The notes beneath the pieces were generated by a model. The model was not told the DNA's origin and did no database searches. It saw nothing but the letters and a program-made list of their open reading frames with translations. The translations under genes were made by a program, and so were the position numbers. Positions 39,889 through 52,424 of a stretch of DNA of 64,000 bases are shown piece by piece (position 1 is the stretch's first letter; each line of letters begins with the position of its first letter). Origin of the DNA: Felis catus (taxonomy: Eukaryota); contig NC_058368.1 in assembly GCF_018350175.1 (NCBI RefSeq), positions 222,954,001 through 223,018,000 on the forward strand, written 5' to 3'.

Positions 39889-39990
39889 TGAGCGCCTGGC
39901 GGGCTCAGTTGAAGAAGTGTATGTGAGTCAGAGCCCCACGTAGGGTGTAGAGATTATGTAAATAAATAAAACTTAAAAAAATAAATAAAT
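39889..39990 (+). mobile_element. Short older carnivore SINE (no CT tract)
   Basis: gcgcctggcgggctcagtt...gagccccacgtagggtgtagagatta; TSD aaagttacag. Confidence 0.85.
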
Positions 39991-40051
39991 AAAAGTTACA
40001 GAAAAAAGAAGGAAGACTTTAGAGCCTAATATTTTGAAATGAGCTAAGAGA

Positions 40052-40172
40052 GGGGCGCCTGTGTGGCTCTGCTGGTTAAGTGGAGCCTCTTGATTTCAGC
40101 TCAGGGAATCATCTCAGGGTTCCCAAGTGCTTTGGACTCTCTCTCTACCCCTCCCCCAACTCGTGCTCGCTT

Positions 40173-40214
<42 letters not shown>

Positions 40215-40255
40215 CCTTGCTCTCAAAATAAATAAATAAACTTAATAACAAGTTA
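40052..40255 (+). mobile_element. Can-SINE
   Basis: ggggcgcctgtgtggctc head; TSD aaatgagctaaga. Confidence 0.93.
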
Positions 40256-40259
40256 AAAT

Positions 40260-40640
40260 GAGCTAAGAAAATAAAGGAAATGACATGAGTTATGAGCCAA
40301 CAACATAAATCAGAAGTATAAAGGACCAAGAACGAGTGATTAGAAAAAAGAAAAATAGGAAAACAGAAATAGTTAAGAAATAGAAGATAAAATTAAATAC
40401 ATATAATGGAACTCTCTGAAGAGGAAAACAAAATCAATGGAAGAGGACAAATACTAAAATGTATAATCTAAGAAAATTTCCCAAAATAAACAAAGAAAAG
40501 AGATATGAAACTACATAATGACAGCGCTGTGAGTTCCTTGGGAAAGTAAGCGAGTATTTCCAACATTAAGGCATATTCAAGTAAAAATAATTAAACTTGA
40601 AGTAAAAGAAAACGTCCCTGGAAGCATCTAGAATAGTGTA
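40260..40640 (+). mobile_element. L1 ORF1/HAL1-like remnant
   Basis: A-rich ataatggaactctctgaagaggaaaac...aagaaaatttcccaaaat, resembling the IGVPEEE...ENFP region of ORF1p. Confidence 0.6.
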
Positions 40641-40770
40641 TGGAAGTTTTGGGGCTACAATTCAGACTGAGAGAGAGACTAACACAAAAAAGGAACTTTT
40701 ATGTTTCAGTTAGAGAAATAACATGAACATGACTGGACATGTAATATTAAAAAAAAAAAAAAAAAAAGAT

Positions 40771-40863
40771 TCCTCGGAATCTACTCCTGAAGCCAAGAGC
40801 ACATTGTATACACTGTACATTAGCTGACTTAAACAATAAATTATATTAAAAAAAAAAAAAAAA
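40771..40863 (+). mobile_element. Very short 3' stub of a felid L1
   Basis: ggaatctactcctgaagccaagagcac..tgtatacactgta..ttagct...aataaattatatt plus poly(A); flanks aaaaaga(t/c)t. Confidence 0.8.
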
Positions 40864-40909
40864 GACTGTCCCTATTGGTTGATAGTGCAGTTTGTGGATG
40901 TTAAACCCA

Positions 40910-41100
40910 GAGCAGGTCACAGAGTGATGCATAAGCAGAAGGTCTCTGGAATCAGACTGCCCGGGTGGAACCAGAAGACCCTGGGAAGTTCATGAGACAT
41001 CTCTAAACCTCTGTTTCCACATCTGTAATATGGGTTTCCTATTTTTACTTATAAGGTGTTTGTGAAATTAAATGTATGTGAAGTGCCTATGATATAATTA
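40910..41100 (+). mobile_element. MIR
   Basis: tctggaatcagactgcccggg...ctctaaacctctgtttccacatctgtaa. Confidence 0.8.
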
Positions 41101-41284
41101 AAAAACAAGGTTAAAAGTAGAATAAATAAATGAGATCAACAACAACAACAACAACAAAAATAAATAAATACATTTTTTAAAAAAGGGATTCCTATTTTGG
41201 AGGTGGGGAGTAAATTTCCAATGCTAGCCATTGGAATAGGGGGATTCTTGTGTTTTAGAGACACATTGAAATAGTCACACATAT

Positions 41285-41500
41285 GGGGCGCCTGGGTGGT
41301 ACAGTCGGTTAAGCGTCCGACTTCAGCCAGGTCACGATCTCGCGGTCCGTGAGTTCGAGCCCCGCGTCAGGCTCTGGGCTGATGGCTCAGAGCCTGGAGC
41401 CTGTTTCCGATTCTGTGTCTCCCTCTCTCTCTGCCCCTCCCCCGTTCATGCTCTGTCTCTCTCTGTCCCAAAAATAAATAAAAACGTGGAAAAAAAAAAA
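41285..41500 (+). mobile_element. Young felid SINE (SINEC_Fc-like)
   Basis: CpG-rich body; perfect TSD GAAATAGTCACACATA (41268-41283 / 41501-41516). Confidence 0.97.
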
Positions 41501-42159
41501 GAAATAGTCACACATAAATTAATATGCTGTTGTCATTTGCCTCAAACTTTGCCCAGAAGTTGCCTCAAACTTGCCCAGGTGTACAGATACGACATTGGTC
41601 GTGTGTTGAATATTATTGAGGCTGAGTGGTACGTCCGTGGGAGTTCATTACATTCTTTGTTCTTGTTGCATATAGTTTGAAATATTCCATACCCAAAAGC
41701 GTTTTTCAAAAATGGCTTGCCTTTCTTTGCTACTTCAAAATGGTTTTCCCATATGCCATATATTGATTTAGTCTTCCTCATATATTAAATTGTATTTCTT
41801 CACATCTTGGATTACTTTTATACACTGAATCATGTTCTTAGTCCTAATTCTCCATTTCGGTTCTGTTTCTCAAAGGTTTTAACCACTACTACCTAAATTA
41901 ATCTCCTTAAACACATTATTATTTTCTGTATATTCAAACTATTCAGAATGGATAAAAATATTTTTAAAATAGGTCTGCATATATAATCCCATTCCTCTCA
42001 GTGGGGAAAATGTGTATTTTTTTAAATTAGAAACCCAGAAATAATTTCTTTATCTAGATTCCCAAACTGTAATTAGCGTATTTTTATAATAATCTACCCT
42101 CTTTGTTCAAACTACAGGCTTTTTTTTTTTCTTTTGTCCTCAGAAATCTGGGCTACATA

Positions 42160-42690
42160 CTCTAATCAGTGGTATTCAAAATGCAAATCTGATTATGTCA
42201 CCTTCCTGCTGGAAACTCTCTTAGGGCTTTCTAATTTTCTGCTATGAAGAGACAGAGGTTCTTCATCTACATTCTCTCCCCCCTCAGACCTCTTCAGCTT
42301 CCTCTTCCCCATCCTTTAATCTGTGTTCATCTACTTTCTTTGCAGCCGGGATCTTCTTCCTGGACTGTTTCCTGCAGCCTTCATTTACTTCATTCGTACA
42401 CGTTTATCTGAACCTAGTGCTGATATCACTTCCTAGGAAACTTACTTCTGAAATTTACTTGGTAGTTTCCTTGATGTATACGCTCATAACATCCTGTGAT
42501 TTGGGTTTAGAACAATGATCACATCGTGTTATTTTCTATGTATTTGTCTAGTTACTATTTACAAATGTCTGTCACTTGCTCTAGGTGATAAACTCCATGA
42601 AGGCAGCAGTCCAGGAAACTATTATACTTAATAGTTTCCCACTCTCTAGGACAATATCCACCCTAGGCACTTGCAGATTTGTTGACTGAA
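42160..42690 (+). mobile_element. L2 3' part
   Basis: aaaatgcaaatctgattatgtcacc...aaactccatgaaggcag...atttgttgactgaa. Confidence 0.75.
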
Positions 42691-43468
42691 GAATTTCTGA
42701 GTATTCCAGGCTTTTGTGGTTGGTACTTCCATCAGATAAGGAACATTTCTGAAAGAAAAAAAAAAAAAACCCTGATGCTCCTGCTCTATATTCTGTTTAA
42801 AAATATTGCATTCAGGTATTCCTTCCCACTCTCTACCTCCCCCACATTTGTTTTAGGAAGTAGTAGCAAGTTAAGCAGAACTTACTGAATGAACGAGTTC
42901 ACAAGAAAAGCACTGTGATCTCATGTCAGTCATACGTAAAATTCTGTCACTTAAACTAAATGGATCCCAGGACTGTCTAGAAACATATCTCAAAGACATG
43001 TCAAAATTGCAACCTGTGGAGTCCACAATTGATTTTTCAAAGGAATAATGTAAAATCACAAGTGGAAACAAACAAGACTAGTAGAAAAATGATAATGGAA
43101 TAGAAAAAAAAAAGCGTTAAGATGTGTGTACTGCTAATACAGCTTTTCTGCCACCAGGAAATCTTAAAAGGCTTAGTGTCTAAGCTCAGAGAGGAGAGAT
43201 TTACACGATGCTATTGATATAAAAATTCTCAGCAAATTTAATTAGCCTTAGGTGAAAGCACATGTGATAAATCTAATGGTCATGGTGTGGTAACAGGCAA
43301 TTGTTACTAAATATTCCAGATCTCCTATGTAAAGATGAAAATCGAATCAAAATGTTCAGATAATTATGAAAGTTTCTGTATTTGTTTCTTCATCAAGTCA
43401 AGCCCTTTTAACTGCGTGTCTGACGATATTTTCCATCAAACTGTTAATGTGTTATTAAAACACAGTTT

Positions 43469-43685
43469 GGGGAGCACCTCGGTGGTCCAGTTGGTTCAGC
43501 ATCTGATGTCTGCTCTGGTTACGATCTCACAGTTTGTGGGTTTGAGTCCTGTGTCTGGCTTTCTGCTGTCAGCACAGAGCCTGCTTTGGATCCTCTGTTC
43601 CCCTTTCTTCCTGCCCCTCCCCCGTACCTGTGAGACTGTGTGCACATGGACGCACTGCACTGTCTTCCTGAAATAAAGAAACATT
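43469..43685 (+). mobile_element. Can-SINE
   Basis: Head ggggagcacctcggtgg; its tail is interrupted by the next SINE. Confidence 0.9.
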
Positions 43686-43894
43686 GGGGCACCTGGGTGG
43701 CTCAGTGGGTTGAGTGTTGGACATGGGCTCAGGTCTTGATCTCATGGTTCGTGAGTTCTAGCCCCATGTTGGGCTCTGTGCTGACAGCTCAGCTTCAGAT
43801 TCTGTGTCTCCCTCCCTCTCTGCCCCTCCCCTGCTTTTGCTCTCTCTCTCTCTCTCCCTCAAAAATAAATAAAAAATGTTAAAAAATTAAAAAA
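43686..43894 (+). mobile_element. Can-SINE inserted in the tail of the previous copy
   Basis: TSD-like aaataaagaaacatt / aaataaatatacatt. Confidence 0.93.
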
Positions 43895-45607
43895 AAATAA
43901 ATATACATTAAAGAAAACCTACAATTTTGTGCATTGATAGTAATTAACTTTTTTATGCTTAGAAAATTACTCTAATAGTTTAGTTTGACCAAGATATAGT
44001 TGATTATAAAGAGAAATGTATAGGCAAAATTTGATTGAAATATAACACTAAAAAATTTATTTACAAAAAATGGTCATTGTTCAATACTTAAATTATCCAA
44101 CTGTTGGATATAGAGCATCAGAGTTTAAAGAAATACACTTTTCAGTTCTTCTGGGTGTAGAAAATACTGGCCAGTCTGATTTCATTCATTACATATTTTT
44201 CTTCTTCAATTAGAAAGTTAATAAATTTGGAATTAGATATTTTGCCAACATATTACTGAATTTGTTATCTAAATGACTTGTATAATATTTAATAACAGAG
44301 AGGATTACTTTTGGAATGGATAAAATGCATGAGGTTAAGCAAACTTTGAAAAGCATTGGGGCTAAATTACCTCAAAATATTCTGAGTAATTCAGACTGAC
44401 ACAAAACCTTTCTCCTTTTACAATTGAAAGAATTGACCCCTATGGTAAGAGCTGAGAAATAGTCAGTATTATCACTGCTGTCAAGAAACTACTTCCTTGA
44501 CTTTGAATGGAACTTACTTTATTGAAAATTTTTGATGCACTGCACAGAATGTAACTCAAATTAATATTCTCTCCTTGGTTTGAGAATCTCTTGTAGAAAT
44601 TAAAAAAAAATTCTACCTCTATCAAAAGAAGTGAGAAAGTACAGTGTAATTTTCCATATTATTTAATATTTGTGCTAGTTAAAAAGAGACCAGAATAAGC
44701 TTCTTGAAAGCAAAATGGGACATATATCATATACCAGACATATACCAGTGTGACTACTATATTTTATAATATCTTTTATTTTATATAGTCTAATACTTCA
44801 AATTAGATCCCGTATCTGAAAATCTTGTATTGATTTTTTATCATGCACATTTATTTCGTCCAGTGATATCTGCCTCTCACAAATATCTGAAGACATAATT
44901 ATATAGATTTGAGAATTTTGTATCATTTTCAACAATAATTAATTTTTCCTCTTCCCATTAATTTAGAGTACACATTTATTTTCTTGATTGGTTTACTTGT
45001 AGCTGTGTTGTGATTATATTTAACTGCATATTAAAGTGTGCCATACTTTGGCAGGTTGGACCCATATTGACAGACTCAGCGAAAACAAATTGCTACAAAC
45101 TGTATATATGTGCAAAATACCTCATTGATTTTTAATTTGGGAAGTCACATTGTTCCTCGTTTGACATATTTAAAAACATTATTTCTAATTAGCACTGCTA
45201 TGATAAAGTTGTTTGCTTTGTGAAGCAATTTTAGTGTTGTTATCTTAAAACAACAGGCAAAGCATCTCACCTGTTAGTCAAAAGAAATATTAAAAAAATG
45301 AAATTAGGTTAGAAACTTTAATAAATGATATATCCAAAACCCTAAGGCTATAACCATAACATTTATTTATAATCCTAAAAATGCTTCAATGTTAATAGTG
45401 TTAAAATTCCACTAATATAAATATTTATCATGCTGATTTCCTATACAGAAATAAGACATCTAAGGCACTTATTTACTCTGAGAGATAAGTGGCTAGTTTC
45501 CCCACAGTATTTCCAACAAACCCTCTACAAACAATGAGAACCTGTCATTTATTATCAATCGCTTATTCATCCATTCAAAATATACTTGCGTATTCTGGGC
45601 TAAGTAT

Positions 45608-46010
45608 CTGTTGCTGGCCCCTTCCGATCCATACCCCAATTTGTAAACTCAGCTTCCTGGCCCATAACGCCGACCTCTATGAACTCCACCCTTGCTCTGC
45701 TTCTGTTGGGTTGTTGAGTGGTGCCCTGGTAGAGATACCAGGGAGAAAGCGGAGATCAGAGTACTTCTACCCAGTACTGCCCAAGGTTGCCTCTCTGTGG
45801 CTCTGTCCTCGACTGATGTATCCCTCAAAGGGGGCTTCTTTGTGTGATTTTTCTCTACACTGTTCCTTGGGGTCTAAGAGTTGTGGCAGCTTATTTATTG
45901 CACAGCCAAGACTCTTTGTGAAGTCTTTTGTCAATACGTTCTGCTTGGATGTTCCCAATTTTGGGGGCCCCATCTGTTTCCTGCTGTGGCCAAAGGAAAC
46001 CTCTTGTCTG
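45608..46010 (+). mobile_element. LTR33-like ERVL solo LTR
   Basis: tggccccttccgatcca...gacctctatgaact...cccttgctct..cttctgttgggtt...cccaattt..catctgtttcctgctg. Confidence 0.75.
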
Positions 46011-47566
46011 CTAGGCACCTGGTGTGGTTCTTGCTAATGTTAAGACAGTTCTCTTTTATTCGTTTATTTATTTATTCCGTATGCATTTATTATTCATCCA
46101 TCCGTTCACTCATTTATTCTAAATTGTAAGTGGAATGGAGACCTCCCAATTTCTTTTCTTGCATGTTTAAGTAAAATTAGCTCTAAACTCTCAACTTCTG
46201 CCCTCTTCCCACACCAGTCATCTCAAAGATTCAAAATCCCAATCTGTGAAAGCAGAATCACAAGAAGATCCAAGGAGTTGTGAATTTAAAATGCGAGAAC
46301 ATATTTTGTGATAGTATTCTCTTTTCCATGTGAGAACAGAGCACGTCTTTTGTCTACAAACTCAGTAATGAAATGCAGAGTATCTTTCCTCATTAAAAAT
46401 TGTTCAGATGTTTTTGACTAGCAGTGTATTCCTGAAATTTACTCATTACAATGATATTTTTCTAATAATCAAATAATGTGAATCACCAATGGGGATTGTT
46501 AAAAAGAGATTTTTGTCTTTATGTGTGTGGTTTATAATTACAATAACACACACACAAAAAAAGCTATTCTTCAAGAGTAATAGAAGCAGCTATGGTTCCA
46601 TCTCATTTTGGAAAAATATTACTACATAATATTTTTAAAGGCAATTACAGAATACTTTGTGGCTTAATAAATATTAAAAGCATTTAAACATTAAATGACT
46701 TAAAATATTTAAAACTTTAGATATAAAAATTCACAGTTTTGCTATTTTCAAAAATATTCCTTATTCATTCAATTTAAAAACATAAGTTTAAAAATAATAT
46801 ATTGATTCTAATTCTTGAAATGGACTCTAACAATACATGATATTTACTATTTTATCATAATCCTATGAGATAAATCATAATATTTTCTGAAGCTTGGATT
46901 AGAGTTCAGGAATATAAAATATTAAAGCAACATAGTATATTCTAAGTGTAGAAGATTAGGACAATAAAAATATGCAATATATTACAAGCCTTAAGTGTTA
47001 TTTTTATTTTTTTCCTCTTTGCCGTAACTTCAACTAGCATCATCAAGACTTTTGAATTTTAGATTCATTTTCAATCCATTCACAATATAGGAGATGCTAT
47101 GCCTTTTTCTTTGAAATAGTTGTGTCATTTAATTGAAGTTTGTCTGAAAATAGTATTTTTTAAGATGTTTATCTTCCCTAAAGGAATTCTTACTGGGGCG
47201 TGCTTTGCGCTAAATGTTACCTTTGTTATTCAAGGGCTCTTTATAGGTTTTCCCCCTCCTTCTAGATAGAATTATCAAATATATAAAATTAATCAATGAA
47301 CTTCCCTCTCCCCCCCCAACCCATCTCTCTGTTTCTCTCTGTCTCCCACTCTCTCTCTCCCTCTATCTCTCTCTCACCACCCCCCCCCCAAACACACACA
47401 AACTCACACACAGTCTTTCAAATACAGGCAGGAAATATATTCTATAGATTTCATGATAATGAGTAAAATCATATATAGTTAAGGAGAATGAGAAAGATGA
47501 GTAACTGAATGCAAATATAATAACTGATAGATGTTTTATAAAAATTGTTGGAGCAAATAAAATCAA

Positions 47567-47790
47567 GGGGTGCCTGTGTGGCTCAGTTGGTTAAGCCTCT
47601 GACCTACGCTCTGACTTTGATGTTGTGGTTCATGGGTTCAAGCCCAGTTTCAGGTTCTGTGCTAATAGCTCAGAGCCTGGAGCCTGCTTCAGATTTTGTG
47701 TCTCCCTCTCTCTCTGCCCCTCCCCAGATCATGCTCTGTCTCTATCTCCCAACTCAAACATAAATAAACATTAAGAAAAAAAAAAAAATT
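47567..47790 (+). mobile_element. Can-SINE
   Basis: ggggtgcctgtgtggctcag...gagcctggagcctgcttcagatt. Confidence 0.95.
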
Positions 47791-47793
47791 AAA

Positions 47794-48025
47794 GGGGCAG
47801 CTGAGTGGCTCAGTCGTTTGAGCGTCTGACTTCAGCTCAGGTCATGAACTCATGGTTTGTGAGTTCGAGCCTTGCATCAGGCTCTGTTCTGACAGCTCAG
47901 ATCCTGGAGCCTGCTTCGGATTCTGTGTTTCCCTCCCTCTCTCTGCCCCTCCCCTGCTCATGCTCTGTCTCTCTCTGTCTCTCAAAAATAAATAAATGTT
48001 AAAAAAATTAAAAAAAAATAAAGAA
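47794..48025 (+). mobile_element. Can-SINE, tandem with the previous copy
   Basis: Head begins directly in the previous A tail. Confidence 0.95.
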
Positions 48026-48204
48026 AAAAATCACAATTATTTTGAAGCATATATCTCATCCTTCTGAAACCTGTTACGAAATAAATCTTCACTGCAAACT
48101 GTAATATTCAACTGAATATTTTTTCACTTATCCTTAAGTCATTCAAGCACTTAGTAAACATTCAAGAAGCCTTTTGCTATATCATCATTGTCAGTAAAAT
48201 ATCT

Positions 48205-48422
48205 TTTTAAAATTAATTAATTAATTAAATAATTAATTTTGAGAGAGAGAGAGAGAGAATGAACATGAGAGAGGCAGAGAAGAGGAAGAGAGAAAATCCC
48301 AAGTAGGCTCTGTGCTGTCAGTGTGGAGCCCGATGTGGGGCTTGACCTTCCAAACTATGAGATCATGACCTGAGTTGAAACCAAGGGTAGGATGCTTAAC
48401 TGACTGAGCCACCAGATTCTCC
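48205..48422 (-). mobile_element. Can-SINE
   Basis: (GA)n, cccaagtaggctctgtgctg, gactgagccacca. Confidence 0.93.
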
Positions 48423-48556
48423 TAAAATTTCTTTGAACTGAAGCAAATTCTGCCATGCAAGAGACGGCCCTTTAGTCTTTTCTCTGTCCTTAGAATGGAG
48501 TACTTCTGGGGCATGTAATAGATATTTAGTGAAATATCTATAATTAGATTATATAA

Positions 48557-48665
48557 TTAGGCTCTGTGCTGACAGCAGAGACAGATGTAGGCTCCAACTC
48601 AGAAACCATGAGATCATGACCTGAACCAAAGACCGATGTTTAACCCACAGAGCCACCAGGTGCCC
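48557..48665 (-). mobile_element. Can-SINE, head only
   Basis: ggctctgtgctgacagcagag...gagccaccaggtgccc. Confidence 0.88.
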
Positions 48666-48677
48666 TTGTGGAATTGT

Positions 48678-48902
48678 TTTTAATTTTTTTTTATGTTTAT
48701 TTTTGAGAGAGAAAGAGAGAGAGAAAGACACAGAGTGCAAGCGGGGGAGGGGCAGAGAGAGAGAGAGATACAGAATCTGAAGCAGACTCCAGGCTCTGAG
48801 CTGGCAGCACAGAGCCCCACACGGGGTTCGAACTCAGGAACGATGAGATCAGGACCTGAGCTGAAGTCGGACACTTAACCAACTGAGCCACCCAGGCGCC
48901 CC
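48678..48902 (-). mobile_element. Can-SINE
   Basis: ...aactgagccacccaggcgcccc. Confidence 0.96.
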
Positions 48903-50363
48903 AGTTCTTTTAAATCCAAAGACCTGAACCACATTCCCTACACATGAACGGGTTTGCTTCTTCTCTTCCCTCATTGTCCCTTTCCCACCTAGTACCATTA
49001 TAGTTACGGACATCTGCATTTTTTTGCCCATTTAGTACTATTTTCTATTACTGAAGAACTGCTGACATACTAGGGATGTAGTAGCGTATAAACCTTGAAA
49101 AATGCAGCTGTTGAAGGAATAATAGGTATCTTGTGCTTTGATACTTTGTGTTGTATTGTGCTACAAGCAAATGAATCAAAGTTATGTAAATCACAAACAA
49201 AAACTAAAACTGAACCAAAGAGAAAATGATACATTCCAGGCGATATCTTCCTATTGCAACCTGTCATTTATGGGAATACTAGTGATTTGTTCTAAATAGG
49301 ATGTAAAACTTGTTCCAAATTACTCTTCCTCAGTCCTGCCTGCCAAGAACTCAAATGTAACTGGGATAGCAACCCTGCCCAGGTATATTGGCAGGTGTAT
49401 GTGTGATCTCAGAATACAGAGGTGACATCGTTAGGATCTGACAACTGGTAATGCTGGATTCATTTTCATTGTTTACGCTTCTATGACCAGGCCTTAAGGG
49501 AAGGTCAGGTTTTAAAAAACCAGATAGTTTCTTCCTACCAATCTCCAAGTACATGTCAAAAAAGGAAGGATGTTTGTGCTTCACCATTGTTTTTGCTCAG
49601 TAAAACAGTCAAGAAAGTTTGTTTCCAAGTGACCGGGTGTGCTGTGAAAGCATTTTTGTTTATTTCGAATAAAATATATTTCTATTTCAAACAGTGTAAG
49701 AAATGCATTTAACAAGTCACATTTGTAAGAACAAATAATGGGGAATGTTCCTTTCAAATATTTCTAACGTTCTTCCCATTTTCATTGACCTTGATTTTTT
49801 TCCTAAAACAATTTCTCCCTAGTCAATTCACTTATCTACGATGGGTTTAAATTTTATGTCAAAAACTCTTTATTCCTCAAACGTCTTTTGGTTCAAAGGA
49901 AGTAAAGGCAGTTAAAGTTTGAACAAGTTCATTGTTGGATTACATGTTCCTTTCATTGGGGAAGAAATCAGGAGGAAGAAAGGTAGGTACAATTGAAAGA
50001 ATGGAATACAGAACGCTTACATTGTGTTCACAAAGTCATCAACAAAAAAAAGAGAGTATATGAAGAACAGGATTCCTATCTCTTAGCTCAATTTAGGAGA
50101 AAACTTTATCTGGAAATAGATGATTTGGACTCATTTACTTTTCATGATAATTAAATTTAATGTTATTGAAGTATCACATTTAAACAAAAAATTCTTGTGC
50201 ATTATCTCTACCCTCTTTAAGAACGATGCTGTTCCCAGGCTAATTTACTCAAATCTAGCTCGTTTATTTTATCTGCCAGGTTGCAGAACTGATACCAGAA
50301 AATGAAAAGTTTTCTCTACTGTAACTATGTAAGAAACACTGGATAAATTAGAAAGATATTTTG

Positions 50364-50597
50364 GGGGTGCCTGAGTGGCTCAATCAGTTAAGCGTCCAAC
50401 TTCAGCTCAGGTCATGATCTCACTGCTCATGAATTCAAGCCCTGCGTTGGGCTCTGTGCTGACAGCCTGGATCCTGCTTCGGATTCTGTCTCTGTCTCTC
50501 TACAACCTCTCCTGCTCCTATTCTGTCTGTCTGTCCATCTCTCTCCCTCCTATAAAAAATAAACATGAAAAAAAATTTAATTGAACAAAATAAAAAA
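50364..50597 (+). mobile_element. Can-SINE
   Basis: Perfect TSD AGAAAGATATTTTGG (50350-50364 / 50598-50612). Confidence 0.96.
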
Positions 50598-50719
50598 AGA
50601 AAGATATTTTGGAAATTGCTTTTCATAAAAGAAAAAAAAATCTGTTCTATACTGCAAGGAATTACTGGTATTTTCTTCTAATGAGAGTGTCTTTGTAAGG
50701 TAAAGAACAAGATTCCCAA

Positions 50720-50915
50720 AAAGTAGTAAAGACATACTGCAATCCAGCCAGGGTTTAAATGCTACGTCCTCCACTCAGTGCCCATGCAACCATCTATATA
50801 TTCATTAACATCTTGGACCTCAGAAAGGAGGAAATAGTTATTACACTGTTAGATTATTCGTCAATGTGAGTGAATCTATTAGTAGTGTTCAATAAATGAT
50901 GGCTTCTATTATCAT
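50720..50915 (+). mobile_element. MIR (decayed)
   Basis: gccagggtttaaatgctacgtcctccactca...ttcaataaatgatggc. Confidence 0.6.
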
Positions 50916-51776
50916 CAATACTGAGTATTGTGTACATAATAAGCTCTTTATAAATAGTTCAAATGAATTAACCTCTACCAATGTCTCACATGTGTGTAAT
51001 ATGGTATATTTCACACATATTAACACAAAACTCCATACTTAAAATGGTGATTTTCATAGAAGATCAGATTTTTACATACAATATGCATTTTGAGTTGGTT
51101 TCATAGGGGGGTCATATGTTTATATTTATATAACATTAGCATTTGTATAGCGTTATCATTAACTGAGAAAATTGTATTCTTTGTTTTCAATATACTTTCT
51201 GCTTTGTAATTTCTGATCTTCATGCTCACCTCTTGCTTCTCACTCAATATCCACTTCCTCTGCTGGGGTGATTACTGATCAGTCTCTCCCTAGATGTGCG
51301 TTCACTATTGAGAGGTCAGGCCAGATGGGGATGTAGAAACCTCCATCGGTTGGCAAAATGTGTTCCACGGCAATTTCTACATGAACAGATAATGGAGAAA
51401 CACAAAAGCAGAATTAAAGTTGCTTACAAAGTGCATGAACAAAAATAGTATTTTTTTATAGAAATATCATCTTCAACAAGACAAAGGGGAAAAATGCAGA
51501 GGATGGAGAGAGTTTTAGATTAAAACGCCTAAAAACTGTAATGCATATAATGTGAACACTGATTCTGTTTTGAATAAGCTACAAAAAGTCATTTTTTGAG
51601 GTAAGGGGGGCATTTGAAGATGAACATGATATTAGATGATACAAAGTAGTTAATTTCAATATTGTTCCTTATAGAAAGGACTCTGTTATGATGCAAGGAA
51701 AGCCATATTAACAAGATGCTTGTACAAGTATACAGGGTAAAGTGATATACAGGTAGAGATTGTCTTTAAATATTTT

Positions 51777-52228
51777 GGGGGCACCTGGGTGGCTCAGTTG
51801 GTTGAGTATACAACTCTTTTTTTTTTCTTTTTAACATTTTTTAATGTTTATTTATTTTTGAGAGAGAGAGAAAGAGAGAGAGAGAGCCAGGGTGGGGGAG
51901 TGGCAGAGAGAGAGGGAGACCCAGAATCCAAAGCAGGCTCCAGGCTCTGAGCTGTCAGCACAGAGCCCCACACGGGGCTCAAACCCACAAGATTATGACC
52001 TGAACCGGAGTCAGACACTTAACTGACTGAGCTACCCAGGTGTCACTCTGACTCTTGATTTCAGCTCAGGTCATGATCTCACAGTCATGAGATCAAACCC
52101 CATCTCAGGCTCCTTACTGTGCTTGGAACCTGCTTGAGACTCTCTCTCTCCTTCTCCCTCTGCCCCTCCTCCATTCATGCATGCACTCTCCCACTATCTC
52201 TGAAAATAAAAGTAAAATTAAATTAAAA
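51777..52228 (+). mobile_element. Can-SINE host, split by an antisense SINE
   Basis: Head 51777-51816; body resumes gactcttgatttcagctcagg near 52050; TSD-like ttaaa.ta(t/c)tttgg. Confidence 0.9.
51817..52045 (-). mobile_element. Can-SINE nested in a SINE
   Basis: T tail, (GA)n, ...gagctacccaggtgtc; flanked by actctt. Confidence 0.92.
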
Positions 52229-52359
52229 TACTTTGGAAAATGTGAATAGATGAAGCAATAGTATAAAATCTTTATAATGGTTGTATCTCAGTAAAACTCA
52301 ACAAAAATTATTCTTTCTTCTTTTATATATGTTTAATCTAAAAATAATTTTGAAACAGT

Positions 52360-52377
52360 GTTTAATGCTTATTTATT

Positions 52378-52424
<47 letters not shown>

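Noticed and set aside
45489..46037. Longest ORF (182 aa) as a gene
   Set aside because: GTG start, lies mostly within an LTR33-like LTR, no recognisable domain
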